A DNA stretch of 64,000 nt, taken from NCBI RefSeq assembly GCF_006345805.1, contig NC_043011.1, forward strand, positions 59,470,464-59,534,463, read 5' to 3'. The stretch is from Octopus sinensis (Eukaryota). Below the pieces are notes generated by a model. That model ran no database searches. It had not been told where the DNA came from and saw only the letters and a list, made by a program, of their open reading frames with translations. Positions 12,352 to 25,610 of this stretch are shown here, in pieces. The translations under genes and the position numbers were made by a program. Position 1 is the stretch's first letter, and each line of letters opens with the position of its first letter.

Positions 12352-12867
12352 TTAGCCCTTCAGAAGTTAAAATCCGGTCTGAAGTAAATTGATTTTCCGT
12401 GTATTCAACATTGTTCTTCTGCGATTGCGTGTGAAAATATATCGATTTTACTATTTTAATCAAACAAAGCCAATGACGTAAGAGAAAAATCTATTATTTT
12501 TCCAATCTCAAGAGTACCCGCAAAATCGATAAATTATCAATAAGTACTATAAAGGTAAATTTCCAATCAAGGACACCTTTTCAATTGCCATACTGTTTAA
12601 TGGTTATATATCAATATATTTAATTAATAAATGGTTTATCTTTCAGTTTTTACTTGTTTCAGACATAGGGAGAACGGCCAGGCTGGGGCACCGCTTTCAA
12701 AAGATTTATTCACACGAATCGATTCCAGTACATTGTTTATTATAATCTTTGTGCTTAGTCTCTCGCTTTCTAAGTTAAGTGAACGTAAACAAACTAACAC
12801 CGGCTATGAAGTGATGGTGCAGTACACACGCAAACACAACGACACATACACCATATATTTTTGTCTT

Positions 12868-13172
12868 CTCTCTTTTACTTGCTTCAGTCATTAGACTGCG
12901 GCCATGCTAGGGCACCTCCTTGAAGCGGTTTTGTCAAATGGATCGACCACAAAACTCTTTTTTAAAGTTTGGCACTAAGCATAACGCCCTCATTTGCCAT
13001 CAGCTAAGTTACGGGAACGTAAACACATCTATGCCGGTTGTCATAAGGTGGTGGTGAACAAATACAGACATAAACATATACGCGCACGCACACACGCAAA
13101 CGCACACACGCCCACGGACGCACCATACAGCCATATATGTATATGAGTGAATATATATATAAATGTATATAT

Positions 13173-13217
<45 letters not shown>

Positions 13218-13222
13218 GCATA

Positions 13223-13259
<37 letters not shown>

Positions 13260-13607
13260 CTTGTGTATGTATATATATATATATATGGATGAAAACAGTC
13301 TGATTTAAATTCGTTGGTACTCTTGAGTTTCAAACGTGATTCTAGTTAGCCATTTTGAATTTGAATGACAGATGTTGATTGTTATTACCGTATGGTGGAC
13401 TGCGATTGGTCAAGGAAGGTCATGCGGTATCTTTGTTTGATGTTGGTGTATATATACGATGTTAGAAAACACCGTATATATACACGTCGGGCTTCTTTCA
13501 ATTTCCTTCTACCAAATCAATTCTTATGGCTTTAGTCGGCCCGAAACAGTAATAGAATGTGCCATGCATTGGGACTGAAACAAAAACCATGTGGTCGAGA
13601 GACACAA
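12868..13607 (-). mobile_element. SINE family B with expanded internal microsatellite
   Basis: 3' half 12868-13070, microsatellite/spacer to about 13470, head half 13470-13607. Confidence 0.8.
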
Positions 13608-13722
13608 TGTTACAACCGTTTAAACGCTAATTTCGCACGACACTGATTCCGTAATACGCAAATATTTTCTTTGTTGAACAAAATAATTTCCGTGAAATAA
13701 GACTGCAGTGATATAACTAGCT

Positions 13723-13955
13723 GGGGCGGCGAGCTGACAGAATCGTTAGCACGCCGGGCGAAATGCGTAGCCTTATTTCGTCTGGCGTTACGTTCTGAGT
13801 TCAAATTCCGTCGAGGTCGACTTTGCCTTTCATCCTTTCGGGGTCGATTAAATAAGTACCAGTTACGTACTGGAGTCGATGTAATCGACATAATCCGTGT
13901 GTCTGTCCTCGTTTGTCCACTCTGTGTTTAGCCCCTTGCTAGTAGTAAAGAAATA
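13723..13955 (+). mobile_element. SINE family A, A1 tail
   Basis: GGCGGCGAGCTGACAGAATCGTTAGCACGCCGGGCG head through TTTAGCCCCTTG..AGTAAAGAAATA. Confidence 0.95.
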
Positions 13956-14751
13956 TTTATAACTAGCTGGTTCCTAGGAAATTCCAGATATAATAAAATT
14001 CTTTATCTTAATCCAAATATCTCCAAACTACGTTTCATTATATTCAAGATTTTCTCTTCGGTTGACTGACGTATGGCAGTGACGGTTACACATCAAAAGA
14101 TTAGTGTAATGATCCTCTCTGCTGAGATGTGCTTGAAGCCTGAACCTAGCTATCTCGTAATCATGATGCCGAGCTACGAAGATCTAAGTAGCGGCATAAT
14201 CGGTTGGATTTATCCGTTTATTTTAGTAATTGAAGGAGACTTCTTTCAGAACTGCGTTATTCAAATACCTGACCATTCGGTTTGAGGGAACATTGAGTGT
14301 GAAGAACGGTAGATTAAATTAGTTTTAATACGTGGTTTGTATTTAATCCATTCAGAAAGATTAAATGCAAAGTTAACTTCGGCGGGGTTTAAAGTTAAGC
14401 TTCAAATAGTTATACAAGAAAATCCTTCTCCTTAATCTGTCAGGTATTTTACCGATTGCGTTAATCCAGCGACCTTTACTGTTCAATAATATTTCAGTAA
14501 ATTTCTGATCGCTAAGAATTCTGTTGATCATTCGAATGTGGGAAGAAAGTAAATGTTCATTGTTTCGGTTCAGCTTCATAATGTAATCGATCCTAAGATA
14601 AGCGCAATGTCTCACAAAGTGTACGAATGTTTTCCAAGTACATTAAAATTAAATCTTCGTAAAATGATAGGTCTAATCAGCATTCGAAACCCGTTTTCTG
14701 ATTTGCAACTGCCTTAGAATAATACAAATATTTTAATACAGAATAGCGACC

Positions 14752-14982
14752 TATTTCTTTATTACCCACAAGGGGCTAAACACAGAGGGGACAATCAAGG
14801 ACAGACACATGGATTTAGTCGACTATATCGACCCCAGTGCGTAACTGGTACTTATTTAATCGACCCCGAAAGGATGAAAAGCAAAGTCGACCTCGGCGAA
14901 ATTTGAACTGAGAACGTAACGGCAGATGAAATACGGCTACGCACTTCGCCCGGCGTGCTAACGATTCTGCCAGCTCGCCGCC
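14752..14982 (-). mobile_element. SINE family A, A1 tail
   Basis: Close reverse complement of 13723-13955. Confidence 0.95.
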
Positions 14983-15435
14983 TAATAACCCACTAGTCGT
15001 AGTATTTCCGATTTGAATACAATTTCAAGTGGCTGTTTGACGGTTTCTATTCTTTTCAATAAATCTTCAAAAGGCTACGACAGATATAAATTCCCTAGAG
15101 CGAGGTTCACACCAATACGAACATGAACTCAGAGTCGAAGCACATCGTTCCCTTGAAAGCTATAAATATTTGTAATATTGGTTCAACGGTAAATACTTAA
15201 AAGGTGTGTGCTATAGACTAAATCAAATCAGTGGGTCTTCAACACCTGCTTTATTAGAATATCCTACAAACTTTCGTTTGATACTCTGGAAAGTAAGTGG
15301 AAACTATTCTAACGCAAATTGCCTTCACTCGGAACACGAAGCTTTATATTTTGAGCTCTTCTTCGACCATAAATAAAATATCTGAACCAAGTTTTTGAAC
15401 CACCTCTTATCATTTTCTGTCTGTCTGTCTGTATG

Positions 15436-15474
<39 letters not shown>

Positions 15475-15986
15475 TTCTCTCTCTCTCTGCGGATCAGATA
15501 TGCTGAACGGGGTGATGATCAGTGCTACGGAGAATAACGCACAGTACTTTCGTACCCTAACAAATAGAACATGGTGGAGTTAGAGACCATCAAACTCTTC
15601 TCTGCTAGCATTCTAGCAGAAAATAGTTTCAAAGAGACGATAAAACATGTTAGGCATGGACGGAGCGCTGCAATGCATGGTATTGAATGATTTAAGAGGA
15701 AGCTTCTTCCAAACTCACGTGTGGGTTACAGTTCGAATAATGCTCATATGAATTGTGTATTTCTATAAAAGCAAAGGAAAGAGATCACAGTTCTTGTGCA
15801 TAGCAAATCGAATTTATGTAAGCGAAATCGTTTTCCTTGCCAAGAACAGTTTCGTGAATAAATCTGTCCGCTAAATTATAAGGAAAGATTTGTTGGACTC
15901 CAACACTCCGGTAAATTTCTTCTTCAATCTTAACACTTCTTCTACATACAAAGGACAGCTATATGTTATGTTGAGTTTTTAAAACC

Positions 15987-16207
15987 TATTTCCTTATTTC
16001 CCACAAGGGGCTGAACACAGAGGGGACAAACAAAGACAGACACACGGATTAAGTCGATTACATCGACCCCAGTGCGTAACTGGTACTTATTTAATGGATC
16101 CCGAAATGATGAAAGGCAAAGTCGACCTCGGCGGAATTTGAACTGAGAACGTAACAGCAGACGAAATAGCTCTAAACATTTCGCCCGGCGTGCTAACGAT
16201 TCTGCCA
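15987..16207 (-). mobile_element. SINE family A, A1 tail
   Basis: Close match to 14752-14982. Confidence 0.95.
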
Positions 16208-16379
16208 AAAACCATCATGCTGCATAGCCTCAACATGATCCACCGTTCCGCCCAGTGGGATTTACTAACAGACTACAGGAATTGAACCATTAAAAGTTAT
16301 GAGTGTTGGCCATTAACAAGATCCCGTACGAACTACAGATTCTTCAAAGAGTTTTCCAATATCTTATCAAATGTAGAAA

Positions 16380-16594
16380 ACGATGAGCTAACAGAATCGT
16401 TTGTATGCCGGGTAAAATGCTTAGCGATAGTTCTTCCGTCTTTGCGTTATGAGTTCAAATTCCACCGAGGTCTACTTTGCCTTCCATCTTTTCGGGGTCG
16501 ATAAAATAAGTTTCTGTTGAGCGCTTGGGTCGATGTAATCCACTTACCCTCCCCTACCCCTAACTTGCTGGCCTTGTGTCAAAATTTGAAACAA
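16380..16594 (+). mobile_element. SINE family A
   Basis: Head, B box, core and CTGGCCTTGTGTCAAAATTTGAAAC tail. Confidence 0.9.
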
Positions 16595-18045
16595 CTCAGG
16601 AATTAAAAGCCTCAGATTCTGAATATCACATCGAACCTATAGCAGTTGACACTTTCCTAAAGTACCATACACTGTAATTGAAACCGGGACAACGTGAATG
16701 GTAAGAAAATTCCATAACCTCATTACCATTCTTCATCTGTGCTTCGTCTTCTATTCAACATTCCTCACCTCGGACAGGATATTCGTTTAATTAATTCGCT
16801 GCTTCATCTGAAATCCAATCCAATTTTATTTAAAAGACGAATATATTATTCATATTCAGTCAAACCTACGACGTGTTTATGAATATATGATATCACTTTC
16901 TCTTAGCTTAACATTAGGTTTCCATTTGTTTTTTTCTTTTTCTTTGTGAAGTGATTTGGCGATTAATTTAACCTCTGTCTATGACCGAGAGTTGTTCCGT
17001 TGACCCTGGAAAGATTAAAGGCAAAGTTAAGTACGTGAGGGTTTAAACTCTGATCTGACAGAGAGGAAACTAAATACTGTAATGCTTTTAGTCTGGCGCC
17101 CTACTACGTTGGTCATTCATATCATCTGATAAATGTTCATTATTTAAAGAAAGCTACGGGAATATAAACCACATGTATTAATAGTGATTTTCATTTATTA
17201 GGTGTAAGGGATACTACCATTGCGCCCGGTTCGGCCAGTTCGGCCACAAAACTGAAATAAATAATACTTTCTAAACGGCACAATGCCACAGACTTTCAAG
17301 AGACTGTTACAAACTAGCGGTTCGGCAAAATACCCGATAAAATAAGGACGATATTTAAAAAGAAAGTACTAGAGTTGATCTGGTTTACAAAAAATACTTC
17401 CACGTGGTACCCCTGCATTCACACAGCTCAATGATTAGAACAAGTAAAAGATAGAAAACATAAAAAATTATAAGGGTTCGAACATGGATTGGGTATCGTT
17501 TGTTATAAACTGAAGGAGAAAGAATGACAGAAATGGTAGAGAGGATGTGAAAAATCTTTCTGGAGTATATTTACGTTTTCAATTCAGATTCCTTCATCTC
17601 CCAATCAAAAAGATGCCTTTGATCCTTGTGAGGACATCAAATTAAATACTGCTGTTCTCTTATGGAAATATATCAACATATATACTCTTCAGTCTGTTTA
17701 CGTAAAAGTCCCAGAGCAGCAATTCGTTTCGTTTCGAGGTGATCCGAGTAGAGGATATTGATAATCCTCAATAATCGCAAAATATCGCTTTTGACAATAT
17801 TCTTCATCATTTCGGGTGTGTGACTCTTGATGTTCTTTAACACTCAGCTTCCTGTAGGTAGGTTTCCCTGGACGCTATGCCGCAGCAAATGGGTGATCAA
17901 ACAAAATATAAACACTATGTATCTGCGATCGATCATGTTTATATGACTGGAGCTGCTTTCAATTCGTAATTTAATTCTGAAATTAAACCCAAATGATTTT
18001 TTCTTAAATTCATTTTTTGTTTTTTTAGTCTTTGAACTTACTTAC

Positions 18046-18113
18046 TTCCGAGGCAATAACACTGGTCCTTTTCTTCTACGGAGTTTGTTATATCGACATG
18101 TCTCATCCGCCAT
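18046..18113 (-). CDS. Candidate first coding exon (MADETCRYNKLRRRKGPVLLPR), gene unknown
   Basis: AAAAACATGGCGG start context, 68-nt open frame, donor GAA|GTAAGT on minus strand. Confidence 0.2.
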
Positions 18114-18169
18114 GTTTTTGGCATTTTGTTAATCTATCAGTTTTTTTTATGGTTTCTGATTTAATTACA

Positions 18170-18660
18170 AAGCCAGCAGTTTTGGTGGAAGAGTATTAGT
18201 CGATTTCGTTACCCTAGTACTTACCTGACACTTTATTTTATCGCCCAGAAAAGATGAAAAGCAAAGCTGACCTCTGCGAAATTTGAGCTGGAAACGTACT
18301 GATTCTGACTAAATCTTTCTAATTTTGACACAAGGGCACCGATTTTGAGCTGATTACATCGATTCCATGGTGCAAATGGCAATTTTTTTATCAACCCCAA
18401 AAGAATTAAAGGTAAAGTCAACTAAGATAGAATTTTAACTTAAACGCAAAGCTTCATTAGAAATGCCGCTAAACATTTCGTCCGACGTGGTAACGATTTG
18501 GAATAATTAAACCATTCTGTTATAAGCAGAAGGCCGGCCTAATTATGTTTGCAGAGGTGGGGAAGACAATTACAGCGATCAGAGCGGCGGATTCGCACTT
18601 ATCTAATCGACTCCGAAATGATAAAAAGCAAAGTCGACCTCGACGACGTTTGAACTCCTT
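18170..18660 (-). mobile_element. Cluster of three degenerate SINE A copies/fragments
   Basis: Three successive ATGAAA..AAAG.(T)GAC..CG..ATTTGA.CT segments at about 18170-18300, 18322-18500, 18525-18660. Confidence 0.75.
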
Positions 18661-19061
18661 TCGGAATAAATATATATTTAAACTCAGGTTGAGAACGATA
18701 AGATGCGATACAAGTCGTCGAATTAAACGGTGCGTACGCCTCCTTTAAACTTAACATTTTATTTTGTTAAAGTGCTTTAGTAATAAACTTGAAAATTTAA
18801 TGAATATAGAAAACTAAGACGATGGCCGGTAACGTATCTATTTATAAATTAAACATGTATTATGACTGATGAATTATCGAACGTGAACTTTATGTATAAT
18901 TGCATTGTTTCGAAATGTTTACATTCAATATATGAGCCCCAAGCTGAGTAGTAAAGTTTCCTGGACTTGACTTGCAATTAGTGGTCATTTAGTAAACATC
19001 TTTTCATTTATGTGTCCAACAATGTCATATTGTCCGCTTAAAAACTAACGTTTTTCACCAG

Positions 19062-19124
19062 ATCTACTGGTCTTCTTCCGTCGATGATAGACGAGAGAAA
19101 TATTTAGAAATTTTCTTCCGCAAA
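19062..19124 (+). CDS. Candidate internal exon (IYWSSSVDDRREKYLEIFFRK), phase 0-0
   Basis: Branch-like CTAAC, acceptor TTTTTCACCAG|, 63 nt with only one open frame, donor AAA|GTCAGT. Confidence 0.35.
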
Positions 19125-19509
19125 GTCAGTGAGACATCTTTGAAAATATCTTTCAAATCCTGAATAATATTCCCAGAGTTCATTGAAATAACCGAGATTT
19201 CCAATGGCTATAACCTTTTAAATGTAAAACCTGTTGGAATCAGCTGCACGAACGGTTGTGTGAATGATGCTAAATGTAGTTTAACATTACAGCAACAGTA
19301 GTTTCAGTTAAATACACACTAATTAAACTTTAAATTCACATTCATGTCTAATATAGTTCTTTTCACGCTATAACAATGACAAATATTATAGAAGAATGGG
19401 TGATTTTATAGTCAGAAAACAGCAGGAATAACATTTACGTAGCTGCTCCAACGTTGCCAACTAAAATTCTGCCTCTCTCCCTTCGTTTTCCACTCTCTCC
19501 TCGCTCCCC

Positions 19510-19554
<45 letters not shown>

Positions 19555-19674
19555 CGCAAGCTTCCTACCTTTTCAAGTTCTAAACACTACAGTCCAGCTT
19601 GCCCGCATTGAAGAACGAAATAGTAACAGCTTGATAGTTGATCAGAAGCACAAATTAGAATCACGACATATATC

Positions 19675-19705
<31 letters not shown>

Positions 19706-20281
19706 CGGATAGTGCGTACCTTAAACTGGAAACAGACTAAAATGAGTGGAAGATAACACAGTAGAAAATGGGAAATAAAATACCTGAGAAGAGAAATTCA
19801 TTTGTGAAGAAGACTAAAAAGCATAGAACAAAAATATAAATAAAGAAACTGGAAAAAATCAATAAGACAGAGTTTATTTAGTTATCCGACGGCAGATTTT
19901 TTTCTCGATTTTCTCTCATGCCATAGAATTACTCAAACAACACATTTTGTAGCAACTCGGCATCAACTAAAATTAAAATTTTTTACCATCAGAATAGAAA
20001 TCATCTCAGCATAATAACAGGTTACATGCTATGAGTTCCTCCTTGAATTCCTATTGAAAAGTGAAGCATTAATGATTAATAGAAGAAGCTATAAATAAAA
20101 GATATAACACACTTTCTGTCCGTTTCATTCAGGGAAGTGTTACATAAGAGGAATTTCATAATACGTCTTGCAACCAGTATGACACAGTCATTTTGAGTCG
20201 AGACTTCAGACACTTTCAAAACAAGTTTAGTAACAATCCAATTAAATTATTTTACCTTTCTTTCATATCTATATGACATTT

Positions 20282-20728
20282 AAGGCGGCGGGCTGGCAGA
20301 ATCGTTACTTCGCCGGACGAAATGCTTAGCGGCATTTCGTCCGTATTTACATTTCGAGTTCGAATGCTGCCGGGATCGACTTTGTCTCTTACCCTTTCAG
20401 GGTCGATAAAATAGGTAACAGTTGAGCGCTAGGGTCGATGAAATCGACTTACGCCCTCCCCCAAATTATTGCCCTAATAGAAATTAATTTCTATTTGGCG
20501 GCGAGCTGGCAGAAACGTTAGCAGCCGGGTGAAATGCATAACCGTATTTCGTCTGCCGTTACGTTCTGAGTTCAAATTCCGCCGAGGTCGACTTTGCCTT
20601 TCATCCTTTCGGGATCGATTAAATAAGTACCAGTTACGCACTGCGGTCGATATAATCGACTTAATCCGTTTGTCTGTCCTTGTTTGTCCCCTCTATGTTT
20701 AGCCCCTTGTGGTCAATAAAGAAATAAG
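20282..20728 (+). mobile_element. Two tandem SINE A copies (20282-20465, 20497-20728)
   Basis: Two complete heads GGCGGCG(G/A)GCTGGCAGAA.CGTTA and two cores. Confidence 0.93.
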
Positions 20729-20998
20729 AATTGAATTTGTCTGGCCACCAGGACTGAATGGGAAAATATCAGTCGATAAAGATCATCGTCCGTATGCTCC
20801 TCTGAAACATCCATCCATCCTAACTTTATTCCCCAGTATTCTTAGGAGGGTCGTGGAGGTTGTGTTCTCAGGTACATTCCTCATAGGACAAAAATTTTGA
20901 GGGGTGAGTCCAAATTGATTACGAGAGATATAAATATCTCTATGCTTGTACACAAGTGCTTATCTTCTGAGCATAATTAATTTTGTAGCTATATACAT

Positions 20999-21056
<58 letters not shown>

Positions 21057-21064
21057 GTGTGTGT

Positions 21065-21099
<35 letters not shown>

Positions 21100-21408
21100 A
21101 TTTATATGCACCAAGCCTAATCCGTTGTGTTTATCTTCATAATTATTTCGCTTTCTGACTTCCTCCGAGTGTGTGTGTATATATAACACACACACACACA
21201 CATACAGATATATCTATATCTATCTATCTATATATATATGTGTATATATATATATATATATACTAATTATAAATTTAACCTTTAAAGGTATTTTTTGATA
21301 TACTGGCCATTGATAAAATTTTTTTCCCGAAAAAAATGTTATCCTACATTAGTTATATATATATATATGCATATGTATATATGTATTTGTACTGTGTACA
21401 TTAGATAC

Positions 21409-21442
<34 letters not shown>

Positions 21443-21854
21443 TATGGCCATGAGAACAGTTCCTTTTTGCATAAAGCTAATTCTGCTGATATTAAAAGCG
21501 TCCATAACTTTCAACATTTAAAATACTTCGATACTTTTAACTGACGCTAACACAATAGATCCGACATTTTCATGCAGCACCGAGAACAAAACCCATGCAC
21601 AAAACCCTGGACATCAAACACCAGTAAAATAAAATGCATTTATCGATTCTGGTTTCAAGAACTTACAGTTTATTATGGGTTTATAACACTCTTGCACAAA
21701 TTAGTGATCTATCCAAAATTTTCAGTACCATTTCCATTTTGAAAACGTTGCAGTTCTTAGGCAACTTTAAAACAATCAGATGAAAGTTGAGAATATGCAA
21801 AATTTCAAAGGCAGAACGAAAAGTGTACAAAACTTTCTATAGTCCACCATGTAA

Positions 21855-21897
21855 TTATATATATATGTATATATAAATATACACATATGTGTGTGTG

Positions 21898-21980
<83 letters not shown>

Positions 21981-21998
21981 CATATATATGTGTGTATG

Positions 21999-22031
<33 letters not shown>

Positions 22032-22190
22032 TATATATATATGTATATATATCTGTATACATATATACATATATATATACACATATATATATGTATGTAC
22101 TATATATACTATATATATACCTATATATTTGTTTGTTTGTGTGAGTGTGTCTGTATGTGTGTTTGTGTGTGTGTGTACACTCACACATAT
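21855..22190. repeat. Compound (TA)n/(TG)n array
   Basis: Direct inspection. Confidence 0.95.
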
Positions 22191-22893
22191 AGATATTGAT
22201 TTTGGGAAGTCTGTACTTTGTTCCTTTGTCTAATGAAAAGATGCAAAGCATTTGGAATAAAAGACATTACGTTCATTCACAAATATATTTGTATGCCGCC
22301 ATATAGATACGATATTTCTTGAATGAAAACGGGAATTTCAATGGCAGATATTGCTAAGTGCTATGTGTATGTCAAACAAACAAACAAAGCTCTTAGATAT
22401 CAAAAGCTGTAATTCCCTACAGTATTTGCATCAGCCTTTAAAATTATTATTAAAATAACAGTTACATCAAACAAAATAGCGCTGAGAACATGATGGCTGC
22501 TTTTGTCGCTTCTACAACAAACCTTGGCGAAGTTTGGTTTATCATAACAGAAAATTGAAAGAAAACAAGAACGTATTTCCATATGTTATTGAGATGGAAC
22601 AAAAACGAATATAAACTCAATAGATTTTGGTTTAGAAGCAGGTCCAGCGATTATTAATATGTAGTCATTTATTAACTACCTCATCCCTATTAATTTGCGA
22701 TAGCTTATCAGCAAGTACTTCACGGAGAATTAAAATGATTAACAATGTACTAAGATATTATCAAAGATATGAGAGAATTTTCCATGGTTCAATAAATCCT
22801 TTCAAATTTAAGATGCTCTGTTAAATATTTGTCTATAAAGAACCAGATATTGCTGGAGAATGGTTCGCAAAGAATTATGCACACGTATATACA

Positions 22894-23048
22894 GGGAGAG
22901 TTTACGAAAGAAACAAAAGACGAAGACAGGCGGTGAACAAAGCAAACAGATGTATTAGTATAACGCTCAGGAATAGAAAAATTCCTTTACGTTTCGAGCC
23001 TATGCTCTTCTACAGAAAGGGACACAGAAAAAAAAGGAGAGAAACAAG
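22894..23048 (-). mobile_element. Family C short element (Penelope-like pseudo-LTR) with hammerhead-like motif
   Basis: Shares GGGAGAGTTTACG..GACGAAGACAGG..TATTAGTATAACGCTCAGGAATAGAAAAA..GTTTCGAGCCTA.GCTCTTCTACAGAAAGGG with 24337-24524; divergent copy at 59309-59485. Confidence 0.75.
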
Positions 23049-23469
23049 ATATATAAATATATATAAAATGTGAATTAGAGATAAAACCACTATTATCAAT
23101 TCAAACAGTGATAGACATAAACCAATACGTAAATAACAAATAATATATATAATTAATATAATATATATATAAAAAGTATAAAATGAATGATAAATATTAT
23201 ATATATATAATATATATAATATATATATTATATATATATATATATAATATATATATATATATATGCAAGGGATGCAAATATTATTAAAAAAATACTACTC
23301 TCCAGCAAGAATAAAGTACCATAAGAGGTAGAATTATAAATATGAAGTAAATGTACACGAAGTACTTTCTTTGCTAGAAATAGCAGCCGATAAGTTATTG
23401 GTGCTAGGCAGAAATGTTTGCTGACGGTGAATATAGGAAAATTCTTGCTTACCTCCACTGTAAATTCAC

Positions 23470-23555
<86 letters not shown>

Positions 23556-23604
23556 ATGTATGCATGTATGCATGTATGTATGTATGTATGTATGTATGTC
23601 TGCA

Positions 23605-23801
23605 TAGTAAATATAAAACCAAGAACAAACACAAAAAACAACAGCGCGAGGACGTGGTACTTGTAAAGTATTAGCAGACGCTCAGGGAAGGAAAGAAAGG
23701 TAGTTTAACGTTTCGAGCAAAGTTCCTCTTCACAAACACAGGAAAGTCCAATATAAAAGGAAGACGGAGGATCAAATCGCCAACGATTCACATGTGGTTA
23801 C

Positions 23802-23803
<2 letters not shown>
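23605..23803 (-). mobile_element. Family C' short element with eroded hammerhead-like motif
   Basis: Related to family C (ACGCTCAGG, AACGAT); second copy at 61349-61461; microsatellites on both sides. Confidence 0.7.
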
Positions 23804-23839
<36 letters not shown>

Positions 23840-23929
23840 TTGGCTGTTCAAGTTCAGAAGCTCGCTTTACTGTTACGTAAACAGAAACTGAATGAAGCCT
23901 GTTGTATATATAAATATACATATATATGT

Positions 23930-24137
23930 GTATGTATGTCTGTGTTTGCCCTCCTCCCCGCCATCATCACTTGACAACCGATGTTGGTGTGTTTATGTAT
24001 CCGTAACCTAGCGGTTCGGCAAAACAGACCAATGGCATAAGTACTAGGCTTACAAACAATAAGTCTTGCGGCCAATTTGTTCGACTAAAAGCTGTGCTCT
24101 AGCATGACCGCAGCCAAATGACTGAAACAAATAAAAG
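23930..24137 (+). mobile_element. SINE family B, 3' half
   Basis: CACTTGACAACCGATGTTGGTGTGTTT..AGCGGTTCGGCAAAA..AATGACTGAAACAAATAAAAG. Confidence 0.9.
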
Positions 24138-24147
24138 AAAAATATAT

Positions 24148-24181
<34 letters not shown>

Positions 24182-24183
24182 AT

Positions 24184-24242
<59 letters not shown>

Positions 24243-24244
24243 TA

Positions 24245-24282
<38 letters not shown>

Positions 24283-24336
24283 ATATATACATATATATAA
24301 TTATATATATATAATATATATATATATATACATATA

Positions 24337-24524
24337 GGGAGAGTTTACGAAAAAAGCAAAAGACGAAGACAGGTGGTGTACAAAACAAACATATGTATTA
24401 GTATAACGCTCAGGAATAGAAAAAGTCTTTTATGTTTCGAGCCTACGCTCTTCTACAGAAAGGGTCACAGAAAAAACAAGGAAAGAAACAAGGAGAGAAA
24501 AAAATATGTGTAATGGCTAACGAT
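24337..24524 (-). mobile_element. Family C short element inside (TA)n
   Basis: Near-complete copy flanked by TA arrays on both sides. Confidence 0.8.
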
Positions 24525-25610
24525 CTATCATATAATATATATATATAATATATATAATAATATATATATATAGATAGATAGATAGATACACACACACACA
24601 CACACACACACACACGACGGACTTGCACACAGTTTTCGTCTACCCAATTCACTCATAAGCCATTGATTGGATCGATGCTGTAAGATACTATGCAATGAAA
24701 CTAAGCTTGAAACTGCGTGATTGCAAAGCAAGCTGCTTTTTGTAAAGTAATCCTAGCCATTGAAATAAGCAGAGCTCCTCACTGAAGACCTACCCACACA
24801 GTGTCGCTGTTAAAGCAATTGCATAATTATTCGTGAATTATATAAGATCGACAGGCGTCCTCTCCAACAGTGGGTATTCATCTGGTCTCGCTCGAAACCA
24901 TTGTGGACCCATCAAATCTTTAGAGATATTTTAATATCATTAATCCCGGTTATTTCTTCTGTCTCAGTTAAGTGAATCGGTAAAGTGAGCAGCTGTTCTC
25001 TTCTTCGTTGTACATTGTACCTTTAATATGTAGAACACTGTAACAATTATATCATACTAGATTGCTACTAAATTCAGTTACGAGAAAATCACCAAACATT
25101 CAATTCGTCTAATCTAAAATCGTTAAACTGGTTACAGTGATTATCTGATGTAGCTTTAAACTAGTCATTAATGGTCATTAACCGTTTACGAAATATCGTC
25201 TTTATCAATTATTGTCTCGCAGATATATCTAATCTGTTGGGAAATTCAATTATTCAATAAATACTGTTGATAGATAAATAAATAAACAATTACGGTTTCC
25301 TGTGTTGGTATCCGTTGAGGATAGGAAGAATATAAACAGCTTTCCCTTACATCCGTTAATCAGTTTAATAAGTTATTGTTTTGTGAAATAGGATGCTTAA
25401 TAACTTCAATTGTGTATGCTTGGTTATGGAGATATTAAGAGAAATATTAATAGAGATAGTTGAGTTCCTTCACTGAAGATTTTATTGCAGTTTGTTTCAT
25501 TTAATTACGTTTAAATCCCCGGGTGTACTTTCGAAGTTCGGATTCTGATGCTGTATATTTTACTTGTGTCGCAATCATTAACCAAACTAATACTGACGCT
25601 AGATAATGTC

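Noticed and set aside
12352-12385. CTTCA..AAATCCGGTC-TGAAG resembling a collapsed hammerhead next to (TA)n
   Set aside because: Core and stem II are missing; too eroded to support
17590-17765. Peptide DAFDPCEDI resembling the glycoprotein-hormone/LGR receptor motif DAFNPCEDI
   Set aside because: Lacks the upstream Cys, no transmembrane helix follows, and the frame stops soon after; likely chance
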